A stretch of DNA of 64,000 nt from Pecten maximus (Eukaryota). Position numbers and translations under genes: made by a program. Below the pieces are notes generated by a model, which was not told the DNA's origin, ran no database searches, and worked only from the letters and a program-made list of their open reading frames with translations. This document shows positions 48,201 through 62,400 of this stretch, one piece after another. How positions within the stretch are numbered: position 1 is the first letter of the stretch; every line of letters begins with the position of its first letter. The stretch is from contig NC_047017.1 in NCBI RefSeq assembly GCF_902652985.1, positions 17,794,001 through 17,858,000 of the forward strand, in the 5' to 3' direction.

Positions 48201-50840
48201 CAAGAAATATAGTTTTACAAAGACCAGTGAAAATTACATGGAGAGTAAGACCAGATGATCTGGAAGGGAAAGCGTCGTCTACGTTGTGGACAACACTCAC
48301 CTTGTAAATATAAATCCATGAATTGTCACGTTCTGAAAAAGAGGACAAGGATAGTGACAAAGGAACCACACAACATATCAACTTTGTTCTAATCGACACC
48401 CTCATATAGTAATTATTACATCCGGGCTCCGCGGATTAAGAGGATTTTCCCTGAAAATGACTAATAAATACGGCATTCATCCTCAAAGTATATATGTTTT
48501 AGTCTAAAAGCTCTCGTTAACATTACTAAAAGTATACATTACTTACAGCCAGAGGTTATACGACCAAGACGGGTAATAACATTACTACTCAGTTTGTTAT
48601 CTACGTGTCCATTAATATCTATAATGACATTCAAGTTTTATTACCGTAGTGTATAAGTCGAACATATTTGATATTATGTAGATTTCCCATAGACCATGCT
48701 ACTAATATTGTACACGTACTATTGAATATTTTACTTCTGTATTTAATGACGAGTTATTGTTACCTGGTTTCAGTCTAATTGTTTCCGTTTGGTATTTTAA
48801 GAATACAACCTCTTTTAAAGTCATCCATGCAGGTCAATTCGTTTCACTTATTAACCCTGCTATTTATATATTTGTAATAAAAGTGAAGAAAATTTCTGAG
48901 TCATCAATAGTGTTGACAATAGTCACCACCGTTCCATACTAGTGCAATGGGCGTTTCACGTAGGTGTGTGCCTTTTGGAAAAAAATCATTATCAAACATC
49001 TGGGCCATCTATAATCAGCACGGTATAATACATTAAAGAAGTCATATAGACCAGGTTAAGGTGCCCTTTGTCAGAAAGTTTAATAAAATGTAATTATCTC
49101 AGAGCTGGTCAGGACTAATTGAAACTATTTAGTTGTCGGTCGAGTGGCATATCTAGTGTGAAATTAATCACTGGTCCGCCAGTATGAGTGGGGGACGAGT
49201 GGTGGTGCCTACTGTCGGAAAACCGGAGTCTAGGTAAACACGGCAGACCAAATGGCAGTCCCATGATAACACCTTTTGTGCAACTGTTTGGCCAACTAAA
49301 TCACTGCCTCTTTCAGACTTATCAACATCATTTTAATTTTGACATTTGAAAGCGACTTCCAAAGATAATTGTTATCCTAAGATTGACTGTATATAATCTA
49401 ATTCATGGTATTTGCTAAGCCTGGGTCAGTCATTATACGTACACGATGGACCGGCTCATTGACAACGTAGGATGTGCCAGGGAAAAGGTTTATACTTTGG
49501 TATTCCATCAACTCTTGTGTTTTTTGGCCTCTCAAGGATGTTTTCAGTTGGTGATTGATCTTGTCTCATAACTCTTGTATACTATAGTGCAATAATCATG
49601 GTGATCGGTGTTGTGGTAACATCGGTTACGTTTTGACGCAAATGCCTATATTGGAGTAATGGAAATCCGTTTCAGATGATTACAGTCAAGAACAGGATGT
49701 GCTTGTTTATGAGGTTCATCAGTTATAAAAATAATATTCGTACATTTGTATCTAGTTGTTTGCGAATATGGAGATAATATACGACTACCATAACAATTTA
49801 TAAAAAATAAAAATAGGACAATATAGCTATGCTGTTGAATTTGCTTCTTAACCGGAATTAATAAATTTCACAGAGACTTTGCACTGTAAAACAAGGTTCA
49901 CGCGGCGGACACAGCGAAAACATATGATAATGTAATCCGAGGAATACTATTCATAGAGTCATACATGTCAGAAATGACCACAAAAAGTGGACTTGAGATC
50001 GGATCAGCACTATATTGGGCCAATTATAACCTATATAGCCACGGATTAAACAGCCAGTAAGTAAGTAGGCGGTGACCTAACTTGGAGCTTGTTTGTGTGT
50101 TAAGTTTGTCACTGTATGTGTATGACTTCTCAGTGAGGGTATTAATATAATCCAGTAAATCATTCAAATCAAATTTGGTTTCCTTCCTAGGTTGCTTGTG
50201 ATCAGCAAATATCAATAAAGTTGATGTTTTACTCCAATATTCCTTGTGATTAATGAAGCTGTATTGATAATGTCTTTACACGTCACTATGGAGATCTATA
50301 AATGTCACAATTATTTATAACATGCGTTTTTCTTCCTAGAGATCTATAAATACGGTAGTGTTGATGTTTACCTTTTCTTTTTTGTGATTTCATGTTGATG
50401 ATTTCTTCGATGGTTTCGTTGTGTGTGTGTTTTTTGTTTTGTTTTGTTTTTGTTACTTCATGCAGTCACCTCTAAATCCATACAGTATTTGCTTCCCCTT
50501 TCGACTTTGTGAAATTCGTATTTAAATCTAACTACAATTCATTTGTTGCAATCAAGAATTGAAGTACAGTTAATATATATATATCGTAGCGGTAATAATA
50601 TTACAGCACTTTTCGCTAACTACGATTGTGCTAATTACATGCTCTATATACCATTTATATAGGAAATAATGTTGGTGCGTCAATCTATCATTGTGCTACT
50701 CAACTGCTAATGCGCTAAAATTAGAATGTGTCAAAATCAGTATGTTCACAGTATGGGTCTATTGCCTAGATTAACGTATACATATGTTATTGCATTAACA
50801 TTTCATTATATGTTTCAGACCGTAAGCTGTTCGTCCAGCG

Positions 50841-52088
50841 ATGCCCATGGTAAAACTGGTATCGGCTCAGCCGGTCGCTTTCGGCAAGAATGCGCTACTA
50901 CAGAAGCGCTATGAAAACCAATGCTCTCACTTGGTTCACGATCATCGCGCCAACCAGCGAAAGATCCAGGGCGCAGAGGAACAGTGTGTGATTTCCGCCT
51001 ACAGCCTGCTGATGGAGGCAGAAAAGTTCGAACGGGAGAAAATAGATAGAGGAGAAATCAAATATGATAGTTCCACTGGGAGATACTCAACTACGCCCGC
51101 ACAGGGCAAGTCACGCCGTCATATACAGAAAGTGCGTCCTTTGACGGCGGCTGGGCACGGAACGAGCACACCACGGGTTTCGGTGGATAACAAGAGACCC
51201 TCCACAGCCAGCGCCAGTCTAGGCAAACAGAGTGCTTCCGTTATATCTATGATAGAAATTGACAATGAACCAACGGTGGAAAGTCAAATGACTAAGGAAA
51301 GAAGAAATACACCATTAGCGAACACTCCACGATCGGCCGTTCAACAACCACAAACGGAAAATGTGAACAATACAGAAATGCAATCTAATTCTCATTCACA
51401 ACGGACTTCGGATCTTCATGTTATCATCCCAAAACATCCAGCATCGACACAAAATACTGTACGCCTTCATCCATCGTCCATTCGGCCAAAAGATCGGGAT
51501 AGCAGACTCTTGACAGATCGTTCTAATTCCCGGACATCCTCCAGGTTGTCTTCCATACAGGAAGTAAGGGAAAGTGATAAGGGCTTGCACAACGGCAAAA
51601 CTTGTCGTCCGCGTACGGCAGATGACTTCCGCCGGAAGTGTGACGAGAACGAGATGACAACATACTGGAACAGGCGCGTCACAAAACTGATAAAAAGGTG
51701 GAATCTGGAGGATATATCAGATCCTTTTCTCACTAATGAAAGCATGCCTTATAGTGATGAAATCGGTGGTCATCCTCAAGAGCCTCCCTCTCCGATTCTT
51801 GAGCCACCTACTCGCTCAATAGAACCGGACACGGACGCGTCCCTTAAAACTAAGAAATTCATTCAGACATATGGCAGCCATTTCCGATCGTTGCTTCGGC
51901 CGAATTCGGCGCCATCTGTGACAGAAAGTAAGAACCGGCGCCGACCAGTTAAGGTGACGCGCCAAGAGTTGAACAGCATCAAAGCCGATATATCGCGCAG
52001 GCGCAAACAGACAAATGCAATACTGAAAAAGAGTAAACGTATCCGAAACCACATACAAACACTTGCCGACTGGAAATATGAAGGATAA
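50841..52088 (+). CDS. Uncharacterised 415-aa basic, largely disordered protein (orphan A)
   Basis: 1248-nt ORF with raised GC, preceded by acceptor TTTCAG at 50818; ATTAAA near 52159; shares motif blocks with the ORF at 56010. Confidence 0.85.
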   Translation: MPMVKLVSAQPVAFGKNALLQKRYENQCSHLVHDHRANQRKIQGAEEQCVISAYSLLMEAEKFEREKIDRGEIKYDSSTGRYSTTPAQGKSRRHIQKVRPLTAAGHGTSTPRVSVDNKRPSTASASLGKQSASVISMIEIDNEPTVESQMTKERRNTPLANTPRSAVQQPQTENVNNTEMQSNSHSQRTSDLHVIIPKHPASTQNTVRLHPSSIRPKDRDSRLLTDRSNSRTSSRLSSIQEVRESDKGLHNGKTCRPRTADDFRRKCDENEMTTYWNRRVTKLIKRWNLEDISDPFLTNESMPYSDEIGGHPQEPPSPILEPPTRSIEPDTDASLKTKKFIQTYGSHFRSLLRPNSAPSVTESKNRRRPVKVTRQELNSIKADISRRRKQTNAILKKSKRIRNHIQTLADWKYEG

Positions 52089-54373
52089 TAACCTGACTGC
52101 CAATGGTTAAGTTATAGAAATATATACAACTGAGAGATTATCAGACATATTTATATTCATTAAAAGAAACATGTATTTATTTGTAACTGTGTATATCTTT
52201 ATTTATTAATGTATATGTAGTTAATGTGAAAGCTCCTCCTCTTCTACATTAACCACAGAGTAACGAGGATACTGATACTGAATTTCTTCCATTGCCTTGT
52301 TCTACCTTATTGTCCCATGTGTTTCTTCCCAAACTTGTTGTTGCCCTGTCGTTTTGTTACTATGGTATCACAGCGTGTTAAACGCATTACCATACTTCTA
52401 CTATCCCAACCTATCGTACCATGGTTGATGAGTTTTTAGTATTGGTACAAGCACGCCATTTGTCTATAAGGGCATAAGAGAATATTTTCACGTCACCTGA
52501 AATTGCTGCTTGTAGTATATATGGCGTGAACATGTTGTCAATTCCTGGGATTTAGACTGGTATGTCGTTATCATAGCGCTTCCACTCCGAGATTGTTCAT
52601 TGTGACAGTAAGAAACATTTCAGGTCAGAAAGGAAGCAATCGGGGGTTTCATATGAATGAATCTTTCTGCTGTCAGGACTATGTAGGATGTAACTGAGAA
52701 AACTCGCTAAGAGAGAAAACAATATACAATATAATAATTTATGTAATGCTTAGGCAGCAAATAAAAGAATCACTTTGTATATGCTGAAGTGGGTCAGTTC
52801 TGAATCGAAATAAGGGGTATATGAAAACATATATAAATAGATGCCAACGAATGTAGTTGGCTCAATTTGTAATCGCTATTTCCAACATCTTAAGTTTGCA
52901 CACAAATTATAAAGTTTTACCCTGCCATGGCTATTTCAGACAAAGAAAATGCAATTATTTTCTTATATCATTAGAAACCACATGCTCGCGCAAGTTCTTC
53001 ATATTTTCTTAAATATGAATCGAACAATAAAATATGTGTGTATTTAATTCAAAACAAAATGGTAGAGGAAACGCATTAACGTAAATCGGTAGCATTACTA
53101 TTGGCTTCGAATTAACGGAGCATAATGCAACATCAGCTGTATTCTTATAAGAAGAGTGATTCCAATTATTTACATTTCGTTAAAACAATTTAGGAAAGTT
53201 AATAAGTGATAAGCATACCAGTTTGTCCATTGTTCAGTCGGTCACAAGTGTAAGGCGTAAAACGGCCCCGTATTTTAAAGACCAGATGATATCGAGCTTA
53301 TGAGGGATATTCCTGTCAGCTATCTGTAATCCCGTGCCAGGTGTTAATTGATAGGTGTATCAAACACACGGATAAACTTCTCTCACCAACGATGTGAAAA
53401 ACAGGAATCCGGAAAATCCTTCAGAATACGGTCAGAAATTTAGATAGCTATTTCGTGATATCAACGATGGCATTTCTATTTAGTGGTTATTTCGGGGATT
53501 TTTGAAAAATAATAACTTTACTATTTTCATATCCGAATTCCGGATCACAATTGTCAGTGAAATCATTCAATTTATTTTGTTTACATTACATTCCTGGAGA
53601 GGTAAACGTTGGTGAACGATCGGTCCCATACGGACGACACAGCTGTAGGTTACAATTCTTTATTCATTACTTAACATATCATGTATCTATAACTAGTTTG
53701 ATATTTAAATGTACTATTCAAAATGGTGTTGTACAATCAATTGAACAATTCTCGTTCCTCCTGAAAGGTTTGGGGTCGCTGTTCCGGCGACTTAGTCGTA
53801 AAAATAATCCGATCTCGTTGAAAATACTATTTGGATTTTGAGTGAAACACACATATAAATATTGATTCAAGGCTTATATAATACTTTTACAGCAATAAAA
53901 AAGACACCCCAACTTGTTAAAAATGTTCGCGTGACAGTCGAAATCTTACCCGCAACAAAGGTTGCATTAGAGACGTTTAAAACCCAGACGGACAACACGG
54001 TGGATCAGGAGAGTAAACATACGGGTATTGATCCGACATTTTACCTATAACATACAAAGATACTGACAGGTATCACATGTACAGAAGACAGATTTCCGAT
54101 CGTAGAAATACACAAATTGTAATGACAATCGCCCACAGTAAACAAAGTTGTAATCCACTGTCTTAGTAGTCCGAAATACTCTGACGTTTTATCAATAGTA
54201 TACCGTGCCGGTATTGCGTTGATCGACGGAAGTCCGATATAACAAAAAGATAAAACGTCAGAATTCGTGTGTTATAACTGCCATTGTGATATTGATGATG
54301 TCACATTACACTGTAACCACGGGTGACCTGACGGAATCAGAACGTTCAGACTTCATCTTAAACTGTTTCCTAA

Positions 54374-54457
54374 CCCTTTCATCCCCTACTGATCATATTG
54401 GACATCAAATGATAAATGAATGGTAGAGTCCACTAAAGTTTCATAGGGTTGAAAGAG
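54374..54457. mobile_element. 84-bp piggyBac-type MITE, degenerate copy
   Basis: Aligns along its length with 58402-58485; ends slightly eroded. Confidence 0.7.
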
Positions 54458-56009
54458 TAAAAGCAAGAAGCAAGTCTCATTAACTTAACTGTACTATGTG
54501 AAGGACTGATTATATTCGATACACGTCAAGTTATGAATTTTATGCAGATCTTTAAAACAAAAACAAAGCAAAAAAATGCATTTACTCTAAATATACTATG
54601 GCGTCAGCAAGTTCCAAGTACTAAAAAATACAAATGATACGACAGCGAGAAAAATAATTAATTCTCCAGAAAATCCATTCACACCAAATATAGCAGACAG
54701 TTAGGCACCAGAGAAATATCATAATGGTAGTTCTTCAAAAGATAAATAAACAGTCCCATCTTAATGAACTGAAGGTAGAATACACACCACTAAAACGTGG
54801 ATAAATATGACACATTGGGTATAATGTATGAACGGGAAGGAACTCCCAATAGACAGGAAATTGCCGCAGACAAGCTAGTACCGAAATCATTTAACAGGGT
54901 CACTACATCATTTTAGTTTAAACATAAGTTACATAATCTGTTTTACGCCATGGGTTAATGTAGTGATTGTATATCGAAGGTTTGTAATCTTCGTAATGTA
55001 CAGCAGGAATGACAAAGCTGAAGTCATTCGAATGACTCTATCCCATTTGCTATATTTTGGTCTCATATCGAATTCGGAAATTCCATAATATCAGCAATAT
55101 CAATTTAAACCTCGATCTTTGATTTCTATATATGATCATAACTAGTGCAGGTCCACAAGTACGGTTGCTGGCAATGACGTGGCGAAAACAAATAACAATT
55201 AAAACGGTTTAGCATTGATTTGTTAGTGTGTATTATCACCATTGTGGTTGACTCGCTGCATTATTGAAGTCTACCCGACAATGGCGAGACAATGGTCCTA
55301 AAGCACGGCCGCTCTACAGCAAATGTTATCACATAACGTTACCAGTGAAACAAATACGACAACCTTTTCCGCCACACTGGGTTTCAATGGATGGCCACGT
55401 TGTTCAAGAGCAAAACTACATCTCTAGCAATTGTGGGTCATTGTTTGGGCGAGGTATATTTAATCTTAGCTTTCCGTTCCCCATTAATTAATCACGACCT
55501 ACATTCTTTAAGTAAAGACCAATGCGTCGTCTTCTTTGTTCACGAATTGTTGAACGTATGCAGGATTTATTACTGAGTATCATAATGTTCCCAAGCGCTG
55601 AAGCCGACAACAATGTAAACGAAGGCTTGTTCAAGTGGATATACCAAAGTGGCCGATGTGCGCAGATTTTCGTCCATCTAATAACTTCTTTAACCCGGGA
55701 TCAGTGATTCGTCTTGTTTTATCGAGGAAAAATGAAAACGTTTCTTACAGGATGTGAGCTCTCCAGCTAGTTCATGATTAAATAACCAAACACATCACTG
55801 GAATATCTGTATCCCGTGATCCGGTATCGGTCATCGCCAACAAGGCAGGAGAACTACAGGTCTATACATCGTCTTCATTAAGGTACATTTTACTTCTATT
55901 TACTGCTAACAATAATATTTCCATATTTTCTTCGATTCTCCGTTTCCTCATTTCTGAACATCTAAGGACACTTGTAGTTAATTGTGTGTTTCAGGCCAAG
56001 TCTACAGAT

Positions 56010-57257
56010 ATGCCAGTCAAGCAACTGTCTCTGCGCGCGCTGGATCAGGGCGTGAACAACAGGAACGCCAAGGTTCTGAAGCGATATGAGGCTAGCTGTA
56101 GGACTTTCGAGAAAGAGTACCGAACAGCCATGCGAGGCCATAGGGCAATACTTGCTGACGACCTCCAGTTTGCGTATTATCTTCTCAAACAAATGGAAAG
56201 ATATGAAGACGAGAAACTTACAAAAAGAAACGTGCTGGTCCGATGTACATATAAAGTACATGTACCCCCATTGAAAATCAACATCAGCCGCCCGAACTCA
56301 AAATTGGTGCCTTCCTGTCCACAGACGGACAGACCCGCCGGAAATGACGGCAAGCGCGAGGAGGTAAACGTTGCCTCTGTACGTCCACTTACAGCCCCAG
56401 CCGGTAGATCCCTGACAACAACAGAAAAGAAGAATGCCATCCGTAGATACAGTCAGATTAAAAACAAGACTGGTAAGAAAAAGCGCGGGAAACCAGCTCG
56501 ATCCCGGTCAGCTCCAGTGCCTTCCAACCAGGAAGAGGGCGAGGAAGAAGATGAACCGGTGCCTCCAACGCCTCTAGCAAGGTTCACGCGTACGTATGAA
56601 TATAACCGGAAAGTACTGCTCTGTCGAAGTCGACAAGAGGAACGCCGAATGGAAAGGATAAGGGAAGCAGAAGACGATAGCGAAAACGAAAGTAAGTATG
56701 ATGACGTAAAAGGGGATGAGGATAATTGTTTTGAAATAGAGGATGAGGAATGCCATGAAACAAGGAAACATGACTACTGGATTTGGAAAATTGATGTACT
56801 TTTTGAAAAATGGCGGCGGAACGACAAACAATTAGATGACGATGATATTTATAGTTTGTATGAGGAGGATTTAGACGAAGAAATATTCGATGACAACCAA
56901 GTACAGTCTTATATGAAACCAGGAATACGACAAGTTAACACGTCAGGGCGTAACAAACTAGTCAACTTCACCAAGAACAAAGTTCTTAAGTATCGCTGGG
57001 CATTTGCCGGGGAAGGGTTCAAGAAGAGCGCGGAAGATACCCGCAAGAGTAGACGTAAATTCGTCACTGCTGAGCTCAGTAACAAGGAAAGACAGAAGAT
57101 TCGGGAAGAGGCTGAAACAAAATGTAGGAGGCTGAAAAGGATGGTACAGGAAAGTGACTACCTTCGAAATGAGGTTTACTTGATGGCGCCATTTTATAAA
57201 ACGAAACAAGCACTCATCGCCAAGGTAGCTGCAAAACAACCGGCCTTGTTTCAGTAA
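56010..57257 (+). CDS. Uncharacterised 415-aa charged protein (orphan B)
   Basis: Acceptor TTTCAG at 55994, first ATG at 56010, 1248-nt ORF; probable upstream UTR exon 55751-55882; motif blocks shared with orphan A. Confidence 0.85.
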   Translation: MPVKQLSLRALDQGVNNRNAKVLKRYEASCRTFEKEYRTAMRGHRAILADDLQFAYYLLKQMERYEDEKLTKRNVLVRCTYKVHVPPLKINISRPNSKLVPSCPQTDRPAGNDGKREEVNVASVRPLTAPAGRSLTTTEKKNAIRRYSQIKNKTGKKKRGKPARSRSAPVPSNQEEGEEEDEPVPPTPLARFTRTYEYNRKVLLCRSRQEERRMERIREAEDDSENESKYDDVKGDEDNCFEIEDEECHETRKHDYWIWKIDVLFEKWRRNDKQLDDDDIYSLYEEDLDEEIFDDNQVQSYMKPGIRQVNTSGRNKLVNFTKNKVLKYRWAFAGEGFKKSAEDTRKSRRKFVTAELSNKERQKIREEAETKCRRLKRMVQESDYLRNEVYLMAPFYKTKQALIAKVAAKQPALFQ

Positions 57258-58401
57258 TTTTACACAGATGGCCTTCGATGTTAAATTTGTTTGATCAGTT
57301 ACACATGTGCATTATTGACCATATCGACGATGTTTCGTCAGTGACAACTTCAATATGATAATATTGGTGTCATTTCACAGCTAGATGTTGATATCACGAT
57401 ACTATCAAGAAAACCACATGCGTGTCCACATACTGTTTTTCTATTCCGGATCAGTATTTTTCGTTTTGCTTTCAATTCCCACGCAACAGACGTATATATC
57501 CGTTATTCACATTGTGTTTTTAAAATATCCACGTCCATATTCGCTGTATTGTATAAAATGTAAGTTAAGAATTATCTGGATGACCGTCTTATTGTGAACA
57601 ATAATGATGTTAAAGTTACGAAACATTATCGACAGAGTTCATATTCCTGGAATATATATGATTCATCAGGAATCCTGCAGTTTCAATACTGGCACCATTA
57701 CAAGGTAGGGCTTTGTTTTCATACTTGTGCCTGATACTGACATATTGTCAACGAATTCATTTCATTACATAGAAACATATATGAACAAATTATGAAGGGG
57801 TACTTTGTAAAATCAAAATAAGCCAACAAAATAGAAAATGTTTTCATTTTATTAGATCAATATATAAATATAAAAATATAAAAGGATTTCAGTTGAATAA
57901 TTCAAGCTCCTTCCTATACAAGTGAAACACATTTTGCACTTAAAGAAAATTCTTGTAAAAATTAAAACAAAAAGATTAAAATATTTATATACTTTATATA
58001 AGATTGTTAAATTGTAAATGATTTTTAATAAAGCATTTTCATAACACTCGTTTTTCCAATATCAATACAAAATGACATAAAATCATATCCACGAAATCCT
58101 GCTAACATTGCTATCCCTGAGGTAACAATTCAACTACTTTGTCAATTTCTCTTTGTTAATATTGTTATTACCATAACAATACAAATGTATACATAACTCT
58201 TATAAAGACAATAGTTTAATGTAAGGCATTATCTGTTGTTAGAATAAATATTATATAAACAATAAAATGACAGTGACAATGCAAGTTGGAACTATAGGAA
58301 GGTCAAGCAAGGTCAAACAAGGTCAATAAGTTTCAAAAGGTCACTTGACAAAAAATTACTGTTACTAAGAATCATGATAGGAAGAGAACACAATAAATTA
58401 A

Positions 58402-58485
58402 CCCTTTCACCCACTACTGACCATATTGGTCTTCAAATTATGAAAGAATGGCAGAGTCCACTAAAGTTTCTGAGGGTTGAAAGGG
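58402..58485. mobile_element. 84-bp piggyBac-type MITE
   Basis: TTAA|CCCTTTCA...TGAAAGGG|TTAA; second copy at 54374. Confidence 0.85.
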
Positions 58486-59441
58486 TTAATACCTTGATCA
58501 ATTGCAACACAGAGTCTACCTCAGAAATCCCGGGTATATACTTACAACTATCACTATACTACATCTTATCTTTAATACACCTTTATCACTATACTACATC
58601 CTATCTTTTAATAAACTTTTATACATCTGTGTGACAACATTATATCGTTTAATACACCCTTATGCATCTGTGTGACAATCATGTTGAACAATGGCACAAG
58701 CGACATTGTAACAAGGTTACGTGGAACATTTTATTTGTTTATGTTGAAATCTGTACTTGTGAAATGTCATAGCTTGTGCCATACCCCATTGCTTTTCTTT
58801 TTTGCAATGAATTATGTTTAAATCAAAATAAAATTATTGCGTATGATGAAGACAATCCATCTACATTATGCAAATAACTGTTTACTCAATAGGTCTTTTA
58901 ACTAATTTGAATATACATATTCTGATGTGAAATGCTTGCTTCTTGCATATTTTGTTGAATATTTTGTTATGTTGATAAAAGTATGAAAATAAAAATTGAT
59001 GTTATCATTGACAATTGTGTGTATTCTAAATGTTATATAGATTCTGTCAACTTACACTTTATTTGTTGTCAGACTTGGTTCTGAGGTACATATGTATGTG
59101 AGGACGGAGGTGTTGACGCCCCTTTCACACACAGGGACTTGGCACGAATTCCCAACCCACTGTGATACATCCACATACCTGGTATATAAATGGACCTGGG
59201 TCAGGAAGGGGTGCCAAATCCCTGTGTTATCACCGGACTAATCTAGTCAGCATCAACCACAATGTACTGCATCATTTATGGGATCACAATATTTTGCTCG
59301 GTGACCCTGGACAAAACTGCTTGTGACCATACCAGTTCTGTTTTATTGCTTGTAAGGTACATAAGTAAACCAAATGAAGCTATCCCGATTTTTTCCCGCC
59401 TCCCTTTGACTGGATAAAAGGTTTTGATCACTATTGCAATA

Positions 59442-62400
59442 TCAGGACTTAGCTAGATATTGTTTAACTTTGTCCATGAAGCTAGTACCTAATTCTGTGG
59501 CCTCAATCCATTTACTCTTTTCACCACCTGTATGAACTCGTAGTTTCTCCATGTATTGAAGAACTCCCTTTAAAAATCTGAAAATATCAAAAGGGAGTAC
59601 TGTATTCATTACCTCAATAGAAAATTATATTTATATAGATACAAAATTATCCAAAAACTGATATAATATTAATTTATGTTAAAATATAAACAATTCATAT
59701 TGAATTTAAGTTTTTAACACTTCATTTATCAGCAAAGTATATTATTTATAATTGCTAATTGGCTCAATATCGTTTTGTTTAGCTTTAATATAAAAGCTTA
59801 TGTACCTGACTCTGCCGGTCCCATCAGTTGATGTTGTGTCTAGGGTGTAGATTTGCCACAGGGTCAGAAACACAACAAAATGTAGGCATATATGGAAACA
59901 TGGGCAACTGAAATATATGCAAATACACATTAAGTTTCTCTTAGGCCTTCCTATTTACTGCCAAATATCACAAATCTCCACACTGCTTAGAATATTTCCT
60001 ATCTTCTCTTATATCAAATATTCATATGATAATCGGACAACTTTCAAATTTTATATTTCATCAGACTTTTTACATTGTATGACAATTATACAGTACTATA
60101 TTCGACTAATTAAAAAAATAATTTACTCTTTATAATTCAAGACAGAACCTGCAAGAATTCAACTTTCCAATAGATAATTTAAGATTTTGAAAATACCATG
60201 AGCAGTATTTTAATTTTGATTTTGAATAGCATCATTTCAGTGACATGATTGATGTTGACATTGAGACATATTTTTGATTCTCTCTATAGATAAAAATGCT
60301 AGCACTCTTTACAACATAAATGACTTGAGACTGGTACCTGTTGATAAGTTTACGCAGACTCTCTTCCTGTCGGGGCCGGAGTTTCCCGTTCCCCAACTGC
60401 GTCTGTCGGTCACTCACTGCCTGCTCCACTTGACTGACCACTGACAAACACTCCCCCAGGATCCTCTGTAACAGACCTACCACCTCACTCTGTCTTCCAT
60501 TCTCTCCTCCGGAACTGGCTTCATCTCTGGATGATGCTGCTTCATTCCTGGTGGATGTGATGCCATCTAAGCTTGGTTTGGTTTTATCTAATTTTGGATT
60601 GTTGCTACCTTTGGTGTTTGATGCTCCATCTATGTTTGGCGTGGCTCTGTTGAATCGGTACAATGTACTTATCTTCTTAGCTAAAATTTTTGACACAAAT
60701 TTTTGACCGTCTTCCATTGGTTGTAACAACCTGGAAATGCAATAAAAAATGTTCATGAATACAGAAGTGCCATACCTCATGGTGTGGGACAAAATATCCC
60801 TTATTTTCTAGTCATTTGAGCATAAATTTCCGTATTTCGTAATTCCCTCCAGTATTTTAGCCAATGCCATTTTTGTTTACAACTCAGTAGTTTTTTCCAC
60901 AAATTTTATGAGATTTAGAATTTAGCGATCATGTGATCAATCAATCAGGATATCCTTTCACATGATCACCAGGAAGAAAGACTTTTTTTAATGTTTGAAA
61001 GTGACCATCAGTAACATGAGAAAATAAGAGTTGATAGACAAAGGAACTTTAAGGAGGAACTGAGAAAATGAGTCATTAATGATTATATAGGCAATCATTT
61101 TCCATAAGGAATGACAAAAATGTCGGGGATCAACTTTTTTCTCTCCCTTTCTAGATTGACAATGACCAGTCCTGTGATAGTTCTAGTTGTAAATCTACAC
61201 ACTCTGTACCTACCCAGTGATAACCTTGTCTTTAGTAACACTGCTATTTCTCCACCTCTGACACACAGTCCCTACAAGGCTTTCCATCTCTGTTGTCATG
61301 GTAACCAACTGTTGGTGTTCCTCTCTACACAGCTCAGTGTAATGGAATGTCGACCTGTAAATATGATCCAAAATGGGGTATAAGGAAATATAATCATTGT
61401 AGAAATAATCTACTATAAATATATATATGTAAAATATATTTGATATCTTATTATGTAACGTACATCTCTCGTTCAAATCATTTCCATGACATAAAATTCC
61501 AAATCTGAGTTTTGTTCCAAAGTGTTAACTAATTAATTCACATTATGAGTAATCTCTCACAAATGTTATTTAACAATACACATGAACAGGTAGTACATAA
61601 TTTGAAGTATCTCTTAATAAAATAAAATCTCTAAAATAATAATAATTCAGGAATATCATTTTCCCTATAACATGAGCAACTGCACCACTACATTGTAGAT
61701 TCCCTCAAGTATATTTTTTTTTGAATATTATTATGGGGAATTCTACTGGAATATCATTACCCCTAGAATATACTTCCACTGTAAAATGATAATAAGAATG
61801 TAGGGAGTACCTGGGTTCTAAATGGAAGGTGTAGTGAATCTGACCATTCAATTTGGCCACTTGTTCTATGACACTGTTGATCTGAAATAGTAAAGAACAC
61901 TTATACTATCTATTACAGTTCTGAAGACTCTAGGTGTCATGGTTTTTTACAAGAAGATTTCTGAACCTATTTTAATGCTGTTGGACTCCTTTGACCTTAA
62001 ATTTGAATGCATGTACTCTTCATCCTAATCCCAGAAATATACTTGATAAGTGTTATGAATTAGTTTATCTGGTACTCAAGAAGATTATAAGTTTTTTGCA
62101 TGTTAATCTTATACTAAAACTCAACACATATTCCATATTATGATTTAAATACAAATGAATATTTTCAAAAAATTTTCAAAGATATGCTACTTTTGTATTT
62201 GAATGGTTCATATATAATTGGATTATTATATATAACTTACATGAAACATTGATCATTATACGTTGTTGACTTTTTATTTTCTATTTTTTTCCCTACAGTG
62301 TCAATTTATTGTATTTACCTTCTGTTTGACTAAAGTCACAGGGTGAAATAGAGACTGATAATCACATAATGTTCCGAAAGCCTTGGGAAGTGACATCTGC

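Noticed and set aside
61292-61305. Near-consensus RFX X-box GTTGTCATGGTAAC
   Set aside because: Lies inside a coding exon far from any evident promoter; explained by codons VTMTT.
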